A stretch of 64,000 nucleotides of DNA, taken from NCBI RefSeq assembly GCF_009914755.1, contig NC_060930.1. The stretch is one strand, 5' to 3'. The translations under genes and the position numbers were made by a program. The notes below the pieces were generated by a model, which did not search any database, had not been told where the DNA came from, and saw only the letters and a program-made list of their open reading frames with translations. Of the stretch, positions 1 to 27,204 are shown one piece after another. How positions within the stretch are numbered: position 1 is the first letter of the stretch; every line of letters starts with the position of its first letter. The stretch is from the human T2T-CHM13v2.0 reference genome, Homo sapiens.

Positions 1-200
1 AAGGTTGTTTGATGTAGTGTGGGGGTATGCAGCTGGGAGAGCTGACAGGGATTTTCTGAAAATTAGATCTATAGGGCCCAGAAGTCACTTGGGCTTCAAT
101 TACTAGTAATAAGTTTCTAAGTTCTATAAAATATTAGTGCTTACTTATATAGGAGGTACATTTTCATTCTCAAACTTGAAAAAAAACTTTTATTTTTCAG

Positions 201-223
201 AAACAGCACAAGACATCCAAAAG
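201..223 (+). CDS. PLEKHG1: PLEKHG1 23-nt coding micro-exon ((E)TAQDIQK)
   Basis: Acceptor tttttcAG at 199-200 and donor AAG|GTAAGC at 224. It ends in phase 0 and joins in frame to VSREEG at 7130. Confidence 0.8.
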
Positions 224-1068
224 GTAAGCTCTATCTCATTTCTTACTTGGAAATGTTCACTTCAGGCACCTTTCATAGGTGTCCCTTCCCCATCTCTGTC
301 ATCTCCAGCCCGTATTCCAAGTGTCAACAGTTATTTTACATTTTGGAAATATGGTATTTTACATTTTGAATTATTTACATTTGATTTAAGCAAAGACTCA
401 TCCTTATCAACTTCTTCCCTTTCCCCAGCCCACATCTGAGAACCATGGTGATTATTTATTCATCCTCTGCCCCATATCACACCTCAGAGGCTGTAACCTT
501 ACCTTAGGGTGTAATACCTGCCCGGTGCTCACGTGAGCCACCTCACATTGTCCTTTGCCACCACCAGTGTAAGACCAATGCCCCTGCCTCCTGGATATAA
601 CTCCCTCCTCCAAGCGCGAGCCTTCATTCACAAGGGCGAGGGGCCCCCTTCTAAGAATATGGTTCTGCTGCTGACGTAAGAGGTGATGACGTATGATCGA
701 ATGAGACTTTGTCATATCAAGTTTTGATTTTTCTTCCCCTGAGAAAAGCTTAGGAGAGGGAGAATAAGAATGGTATACTGTATTGGAAGATATTATATCC
801 AACTGTATTGCCTATGAAGAATAGGTATTTTCTCCTGACCTGAGTGGTTTGTCCAGTGTGGCTACTGATCAGTTGGCTTAATTAACAATTCTTAGAGAAC
901 TGATCATGGCTCCTTGTTTAATGTTCTGTATCTAGAAGAATATGGCTGTGAAACCTCTCCCTATAATCTCATTTCCACCATGGCTTAGCACAGAACCAAA
1001 GCGACCTTGTTGATAAACGTTGTATCTTTCCATTAAAACCAAGAAAATGTCTAAAAATCAACGTAGTC

Positions 1069-4148
<3,080 letters not shown>

Positions 4149-4172
4149 TAATTACCTTAAAAAGATACTTCA

Positions 4173-5172
<1,000 letters not shown>

Positions 5173-5879
5173 AAAAAGATACTTCAATATTAACAATTCA
5201 GGTTTCCTAATTTTCTAAAACCTATGGGAATTTTCTGGGATGGACGATCTTAGGAAGGATCACTTTTGGCTGTTGTGAGAAACACAAAATAATTTTATTA
5301 CACTTTAAAAATGTTTTGTCATAATTTAGTTAATATTAACCTTGTTTTACTTTATAAAAAGTAGTTACTGGGTGCCTATATTTTTATAACATTAAACCAG
5401 TGCAGTCTGAGTAAGGTGAAGAGAAAGATATATTAAAGAATGTGAAAAACATATATATGAACAAATATTAGGTATAAATATTGTGTGTGTATGTATGTGT
5501 GAAAAGAAATAAATGGCTAATTGAATTGCTTAAGTTTTAATAGAAAAATAACATTTAGGATGAAATTCCATTATTGTCTCTCTACTCCTCTCTTCCCTCT
5601 CTAATAGATATTCCAATTAACATCTATCCCATTTTCATTGACATGTGATGAAAAGTTCTTGCTTATTTGACATTTCCAATAGGTTACTATAGTGTTTTAT
5701 TAGAATATATGTCTCTGGTACTAATTAGGTCTTAACCCTTTCAAGCCTTTGAAGTTAATCCTGTCTGCAGAATAGAATCAGAGGGTAATCTGCTCCTGTC
5801 TGCACCACTGAGCTCCATCCAGAAGGGTTCCAAGTTATAAAAGACCTCATTGTTTTCTTTGATTAGAAATCACTAATTT

Positions 5880-9900
<4,021 letters not shown>

Positions 9901-11179
9901 TACTGCTCAATTTTTTAAAATAGCTGCTGTAATGCATTCAACACTATCTCATTTAGTATTTTCATATATGCTTCTGAGTTTAATGCTTTAGTTAGACTCC
10001 TTTGTGGAGCACAACCAAACCAGAATCTTAGGTGTGATATTGTAGGATCAGGACTATGGGAATGAGATGCTCATGGTTAGACTTTTTTTGAAGGCCAAAA
10101 TTTAACACTGATCTCTGGGGAGGAGCCTAGCTGTGAATAAAGCCCCTGATTGTCATAGAAAGAAAAGTCCAAAGGTAGTGGCTCTTGCCTGAGGAGCTTT
10201 TACCTCCAGGCACAGAGAGATTTCTGGCTATAGGCTCAGGAATATGCCTTTCAAATAGTATGCCCTTTTCATCATATTTTAAGAAATCCTGCCCCAGATT
10301 TTCTAACCAAGGACCACCTTAGTATCAAATGAGAGGAGTCTATTCTACAATTAAAAGTGAAAGCTGGGTGATGGCTTAGTATCAGGACAGGCTCTGATCA
10401 TTAGCTTCATTATCAGCACATTGGGACAGGTTGATGCCACTAACTATTAAATGCTGTCTTTGGGATTGACATTGACATCCATGGAAACTGAAGAATAGGA
10501 AGGGCATATCCAAATCTTAAATGAATGCACAAGTTACATAACAAGAATCTGTAGGGAACTTTTTTTTTTAAGTTTGAGAGTATTTAAGAATTGTCTAAAG
10601 TTTTAATCTTCAGTACAATTTCTTAACAGATAGGGAAACAAAGTGCTGGAATTGATGCCTGAAGGATTTCACAGACTCTGAGTTCTTCTTTTTAATCAAA
10701 TGAAGGTTTTGTATGCATGTGAGACTAGAATGCATGTATTTTTCTCCTTGCCGTGATGCACTATGAGTAATTCAAGTCCCTATTCTGATGCTAGCGTTGC
10801 TAAGCTGGTTTGCTGTTACAGGGAAAGTGACTGAGTTCCCGCTGCAGGAGGACAATTTTGGTGGGGTAGGGGAATATATATGGCCTTAGAAACAGTTGTA
10901 TATTGGCAATTGCAAGCACTGACTAAGTCTGGGTTGGGGCTCCTCAGCATAAGAGGAAATGTAATGCTGAAGTTTTTGATGATGATGGGTTATGCCCACA
11001 GACTACCACTGAAAAAGTAGTAATTCCCTGGGCCAGGTTGTTTTGAATATGGACCATCTGTTAAAATACAAAGCTCCAATCTTGACAGAAGCATGTCCTT
11101 TGATACTGAATCATTAGGGCCTACGACTACCTCGAGTAGTCTTCTTTTTTACCCACCTTTTTAAGTATTAAATGATTTC

Positions 11180-11990
11180 ACATTGGGGTTTTCTTTTCAC
11201 TTTTGGTTGGCTCTCCTTTTTGTTTTGCCTGCTGGTGTTGTCTTGGGATGCCCCAGGATCTTTTCTCAGCTTTGCGTCTGGGTCCTTTCTTGACATGGTG
11301 GGCTCCTGTCGACGTTCTCCCCAGCAAGGAGGAGGAAATCTCTCCCGAGTCATCTTCTGAGAGTGCTGTCTTCCCTGCCATCTGGCAGAGGCACGTCCCT
11401 AGGACCTGATGAGTTATATCCACACCTCGTCCAGCTGGGTGATCGAGACCACTTCCTGTGCCCACTAGGCTTTCCGTCAGTTGACATGATGACTCCTTTT
11501 CTCTTTCTTGTTTATCTGGGCACAGGACGTCGTAATCGAATGGACCGATTCTCCAGACTTCTCCGTGTGGGCCTTGCCGCTTTGCCAGGAGCTTGCTCTC
11601 GGTGCTGTGCGGAAGGAGGAGCACCTTATTCACCTGCCGAAACTCTCGAGCATCTTTATTGAACTCTCTAGCCGGGGTCTCCAGGCCCTGGGTCAGATTT
11701 CTGCCTATAAATCACCCAACCAGGTCCAGTTGCTCCCACATCTTAGAGCCTGTCATAGCATGCTGGCCATCTTGTTCCATCAGACCTTCCTCCTGATAGT
11801 CTTTGAGAGCAAGGAGGCCTTTGGGTTTCTGGGTTTTTTGGTGATGTTTCACATGGGAGAAAACTCCATACAGGCTTGAGAAATTTTCCTCCTTGTGTAG
11901 AGTAGGGAAGGCACAATTTTATGCTTTTGTCTGCATCTCGAGCAACATCAGAAACATTTATTTTAATCCTCTGTCTGGAGGATTAAAATG
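11180..11990 (-). mobile_element. Degenerate Gypsy (Gmr1-like) LTR-retrotransposon pol fragment: integrase C-terminus, GPY/F domain, start of RT
   Basis: Minus-strand translations VPSLLYTRRKISQACMEFSP, KPKGLL, NKVLLLPHSTESKLLAKRQGPHGEVWRIGPFDYDV, HVN*RKA*W and SSSLLGRTSTGAHH...RSWGIP are colinear with the Gypsy IN/RT consensus as I recall it. Confidence 0.75.
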
Positions 11991-12599
11991 TTGTTTGATA
12001 TTTCCCTTGGCAAACATTATTCTAAATTTTTGTCTGAGATCATAAGAACTCCAATTTTCAAATCTCAAAAAAGGCAATAAACCAGAGACATTCTTGCGAT
12101 TGTCATGTAGTCATAATGTATATATTCTATACAACTGTTAATACTAGAACTAAGGATATGGGGGAGCCTCAACTCAGCTGACTAATACTAAGCTTTTTAG
12201 GCCAGAGGTGTCATCTCAGGCTGGCTGTTCCCTGTACATCTGGCTAATAGAATCTGTTTAATTACAGCTGGAGCTCTGGAAGCTTGTCTCTTGTTCACAT
12301 AGATGTCACACAAGCTATAGACTCTCTTAGAAGGTCAAGCTGAAACAAAAAGCCCCTTAGATCAGCAGGTGCAGTGACTCACACCTGTATGGCCAGGCAC
12401 AGTGACTCACACCTCTATTGCCTACTAGTGAGATACCTTTTATTCAAAATTGATAAATGGTCAACTCTATCATCCAAAGATAAACTGTTCCCATTATGAG
12501 TTATCTATAGGAAGCATTTTAGCTGTCTTCTTGCTTCCGCTTTTTCTGCTTATGACCTGATTTCCAGGCCACCTTTCCACTCCCAGTGGTATGGTCTCA

Positions 12600-15966
<3,367 letters not shown>

Positions 15967-16382
15967 TGCGATGCTGCTTTTAAAGACTGCTTGAATGATT
16001 TTTCATTGACCAGGCTGAAGTGCTGACTTTCTTACTTTTATGATGCATGTTTTCAGCACTGACACTGTTTTATGCTTATAAAGAACACTAGAAACTTTCA
16101 TTATATATAGTGGACACTTGCAGACCTGCTGTTGAAACAAAATAATGGACAATTAGATGAAATTAAATGAACTTTTAGGTGGCATTTTTATTTATATTAA
16201 ACCATGGATTTGTGTGTGTGTGTTGCTCAGAGTTCAAAGATTACTCATCCTTAGACATCAGTTAGTCTTGTCTACTGTCAAAATTTTAAAATACGTTGGT
16301 TAGAATGTTATTCTCTTATTTTTAATCTTCACGTATAGGAATTATCCTGTGTGTATTTACTGTTTCAATATTTGCCTTCCAG

Positions 16383-17446
16383 GTGCCAGGATTGCTGAGT
16401 ATTCCCAGTTGTATGACCAGATTGTATTCAGAGAGTCTCCCTTGAAAATTCAGAAGGATGGCTGGGCCAGCCCTCAAGAATCCTCCCTCCTGAGGTCTGT
16501 GTCACCTTCCCAGGTCCACCATGGTAGTGGAGACTGGCTTCTGCATTCAACCTATAGTAATGGAGAGTTAGCAGATTTCTGTCTCCCACCAGAGCAAGAC
16601 TTGAGGTCAAGATATCCCACGTTTGAGATCAATACAAAAAGTACTCCCAGGCAATTGTCCGCAGCTTGCTCTGTGCCTTCTCTTCAAACCTCTGACCCTC
16701 TGCCAGGCTCTGTGCAGAGATGCAGCGTGGTAGTAAGTCAGCCCAACAAAGAGAACTGGTGTCAGGACCATCTTTACAACTCCTTGGGTCGGAAAGGGAT
16801 CAGCGCTAAATCTCAGCCTTATCACAGGTCCCAGTCATCTTCCTCCGTCTTGATCAACAAATCAATGGATTCCATCAACTACCCTAGTGATGTGGGAAAG
16901 CAGCAGCTGCTGTCTTTACACAGAAGTTCAAGGTGTGAGAGTCACCAGGACTTGCTGCCAGATATTGCTGACTCGCATCAACAGGGCACTGAAAAACTCT
17001 CAGATCTCACACTCCAAGACTCACAGAAAGTTGTGGTGGTCAATAGAAATTTACCCTTAAATGCCCAAATTGCAACACAGAATTATTTTTCCAATTTCAA
17101 AGAGACTGATGGAGATGAAGATGACTATGTGGAAATCAAGTCAGAAGAAGATGAGTCGGAGTTGGAGCTATCTCACAATCGTAGAAGGAAATCTGACTCA
17201 AAGTTTGTGGATGCTGACTTTTCTGATAATGTCTGCAGCGGCAACACATTGCATTCTTTGAATAGTCCGCGCACTCCAAAAAAGCCGGTTAACAGCAAAC
17301 TTGGCCTTTCACCATATCTGACACCATATAATGATTCTGACAAACTGAATGACTATCTTTGGAGGGGGCCATCTCCCAATCAACAAAATATTGTCCAGTC
17401 TCTAAGGGAAAAATTTCAGTGTCTCAGTTCAAGCAGCTTTGCTTAA
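16383..17446 (+). CDS. PLEKHG1: PLEKHG1 last coding exon, ending ...QCLSSSSFA*
   Basis: 365-aa ORF 16349-17446. Acceptor ttccAG at 16381-16382. G|GT GCC AGG restores G-A-R-I in frame. Confidence 0.93.
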
Positions 17447-19247
17447 GGTTCTTCATAATAACTGCTTGAATCAACTTCTTATTTTGCTCATAAAACGTTA
17501 CAGATACTGATGAGGTGTTTTATGTATACCAGATTAAAACAATTTTGTAAGAACCAGAGGTGTAAAATATACTTTCTTTTACAGCACAACTTTTGGAAAT
17601 GGCTGACGATGCAGCCCGGATTGTACTGTAGCACATGTTGGCATCAACAGTATATTTTCTCATGCTGAGTGTCTTCATGTTTCATGTAAGTCAATCTTAC
17701 TTGAAAGTTTTTAGACTTTTAACACGATGGCCATAACCTGACAATAGTGCCCACACCTTAAGAAATGCAATAATCCTTTCCTGTTATCCAGAAGGCCCAG
17801 GTAGTTTTATCCTGTGACTCAAAGGCAGCAAGGAGACTTTTTCACATTTTAAAAGGCAACGAAAGCTGTTGAAAGAATTATGCTTATATCTCACATTTTG
17901 GTTATATTTGTGGTAACACCTTAGGATAACGTAAGCCAGAGATCTGTAAATTGGACTGCAGTCTGAGGTGCCCATTTTAGGGTTTTTGTGCTAGTATTCT
18001 TTTATGTCATTTTGATGCAGAAATTGTGTGACTGTTGAAAATTAAAATGTAGCGGGACCCATTTTCTGTACGCAGAACCCTTTACCTGTATTCCTGGACA
18101 AGGCCTAGAGAACGAGCTGCTCATCATGTTTCTAATATAATTTCTGGGGTGAAATGAATGATTTCCTTACTGGCTTAGAGAAAACCAAGGTCAATAAAAT
18201 GCAGATTGACTTAACTATTAGAAAAGATGGGATGACTTCTGGGAACCACTTAACTCTTCAAATGACTGTTGAAAGAGAAAAAGCAAAACTGAAATCCCAC
18301 CAGACCATTTTGTGTGCCTGTTTCTAATCGATACAAAGTTAAGCATGAGCTAAAATCAGACAAAGCACTTTAAATTTATCCTTTCCAGAGCGCTTTGCAC
18401 ATGCACCCTCCTGAGTTTGGGATTCTGCCAAATGACCAACTTGATCCTGGCCCTGAGGAGTCATTGGCTGCAGGAATAGGGCAAGAATCTATTTCCTAAA
18501 CTACACATAACATGGGAGCCTTTTTTTCGTTGTTTTCAGGTATATTAAAGAATGAAATCTTTGGTTACTAGGTGCTGACTAATAAATAACACCTTTTATA
18601 TTCTGACCATTTGTCACATTTCATTGTGATACTGTATACTGATCTAACTCCTTATGAAAGGCAACAAACAAAAATAAGACATTGAATAAAAAGCAAAATC
18701 AAAGAAGCTAAAGAGAAAAATGAAGGCAGATATATTGCAACTTTATAACATATTCTATTTTATTGAAGACTGCAATTAATGCAGCAAGAATGCTTTCTCA
18801 AGCGGTGGCCTTTGTATTCTCATTTTAATCAGGTGTACATTCTATGGCCTCTCCCCCATGCTGTTAGTTTCTATTTTAAAAGATACAATAATATATGTAG
18901 GGAAAGGGGCCTGGGCTCTTCATTTAAAGGTAAGCAGTAATATTGAGTAAGTGACATAATTCTTTTTCTCTTTGTTAAGTCCTATGCCTCTTTTTCTTAA
19001 CTGTAAAACATAGAATATGAGCGTTTTTATCTTACAAATAGGTACCTAAGGCATGTGATTTTATTTTTAAATAACAAAAAATAACCCAAGTTTCTTGCTT
19101 CTCCAAAGTATTCTTCTCATAGCTTATAAAAGAAAGTCCACATTGAATAGCATGGTCTGGGAACATTCCTTCTTTATTGTGTTTATTTGAACATGATATG
19201 AGTTTCCAAGATGAAATGATCAAAAAAGATAAGTACCACAAGAAAGT

Positions 19248-25435
<6,188 letters not shown>

Positions 25436-25678
25436 AAACCATGCTAATTTTGTGACATACAAGTTTTTTTTAATTTTTATCCAATATGATTAAGGATGGA
25501 GAAAGACTGTTAATCCCAAATGAATCAGAATACACATTGGTATAGAATATTATAAATGAATTTAGCAATATGAATCAGTAACATTAAAAATTCATCCTCT
25601 TTGAGCCATTAATTAGACTTCCGGAAATTTATTCTAAGAGAATAAATTCAACGGCAGTTAAAGATTTATGTATCAAAT

Positions 25679-26419
25679 TGAGAGGTGAATCTGGCTAGTC
25701 TTCTGGGTCGGGTGGGGACTTGGAGAACTTTTCTGTCTAGCTAAAGGATTGTAAATGCACTAATCAGTGCTCTGTGTCTAGCTAAAGGTTTGTAAACGCA
25801 CCAATCAGCACTCTGTAAAATGGACCAATCAGCAGGATGTGGTGGGGCCAAATAAGGGAATAAAATCAGGCCACCTGAGCCAGCAGCGGCAACCCGCTTG
25901 GGTCCCCTTCCATGCTGTGGAAGCTTTGTTCTTTCACTCTTCACAATAAATCTTGCTGCTGCTCACTCTTTGGGTCCGCACTGCCTTTATGAGCTGTAAC
26001 ACTCACCACGAAGGTCTGCAGCTTCACTCCTGAAGCCAGCGAGACCACAAACCCACCGGGAGGAACGAACAACTCCGGATGCGCCGCCTTTATGAACTGT
26101 AACACTCACTGCGAAGGTCTGCAGCTTCACTCCTGAAGCCAGCGAGACCACGAACCCACCGGGAGGAACGAACAACTCCGGATGCGCCGCCTTTATGAAC
26201 TGTAACACTCACTGCGAAGGTCTGCAGCTTCACTCCTGAAGTCAGCAAGACCACGAACCCACCGGGAGGAAGAAACTCTGGACACATCTGAACATCTGAA
26301 GGAACAAACTCTGGACACACCATCTTTAAGAACTTTAACACTCACCGCAAGGGTCCACGGCTTCATTCTTGAAGTCAGCGAGACCAAGAACCCACCGGAA
26401 GGAACCAATTCTGGACACA
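25679..26419 (+). repeat. ERV9 5' LTR (LTR12 family)
   Basis: Starts TGAGAGGTGA and ends GGACACA. Contains CCAATCAGC U3 repeats, AATAAA and 103-bp U5 tandem units. Confidence 0.95.
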
Positions 26420-26422
26420 TTT

Positions 26423-26440
26423 TGGTGACCACGAAGGGAC
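26423..26440 (+). promoter_or_regulatory. Primer-binding site (tRNA-Arg type, as expected for ERV9)
   Basis: TGGTGACCACGAAGGGAC lies 3 nt after the 5' LTR. Confidence 0.75.
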
Positions 26441-27204
26441 CATTGACTATTGCCAAGCAGTGAGTACCATCGGACCCCTTTTGCTTGCTATTCTGTCCTA
26501 TTTTTCCTTAGCATTTGAGGGCTAAATATCAGGCACCTGTCGGCCAGTTAAAAGCAACTAGCATGGCCACCAGACTAAAGACATGGATGTCAGGATTTCT
26601 GGGAAAGGGCTCTCTAACAAGCCCCCACTCTTTGGAGTTGGGAGCATTGGTTTGCCACTTTTCCTGTACTTCCGGGCTGAGCTGAGGGTTGACAGAGAGG
26701 AAAGCCATTCAGCTCCGAGGTCCTGAGAACAAGTTGGTTGACCCTGCAGCCATGAGCGGAACTCTCAAAGTCATGTTGCCCAAGCCAGACTCTCTCATCT
26801 ATTCTATCTACCTTGACCCTTGCCTCCTGGGTCCTAATGCCTGCCAGACAAACTCCCTCTCACCTCTCTTCTCCGAGGCTAGTCCCGCTTCTAAAAACCA
26901 CTCCCTGTCTCTGGTGCTTTTCTAGTTTCTCCTATAAGAATGATTTCTAGTTCAAACTCCAGGACTCTGTTACCTTCTTTCGGCACCTGGGCTCACCAAT
27001 CAGAAAAACATAATTTTTCCCAAAGCCCCATCGTAGGGGATACTATCTGGAATTTTAGGATACCTCCTCAGACAAGTGGGCCTAACAAAAGCTATTCCTG
27101 AAGCTAGGATATGGGGAGCCTCAGAAATTGTATCCTTCCTATTCATATAAGTGAGGACAAAAGGCATCACTCTTCCAACTCTAGAGATCACTTCCCTCCC
27201 TCAG

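Noticed and set aside
452-802. 116-aa minus-strand ORF
   Set aside because: It has a non-ATG start and no recognisable homology, so the region is treated only as a candidate regulatory or non-coding element.
12366-12420. Short duplication CAGTGACTCACACCT with two TGACTCA (AP-1) motifs
   Set aside because: It looks like duplicated Alu-head fragments and is too short to support a functional claim.
25984-26340. 103-bp periodic repeats, superficially array-like
   Set aside because: These are LTR12 U5 tandem repeats. There are no unique spacers or cas genes and the DNA is primate, so this is not CRISPR.
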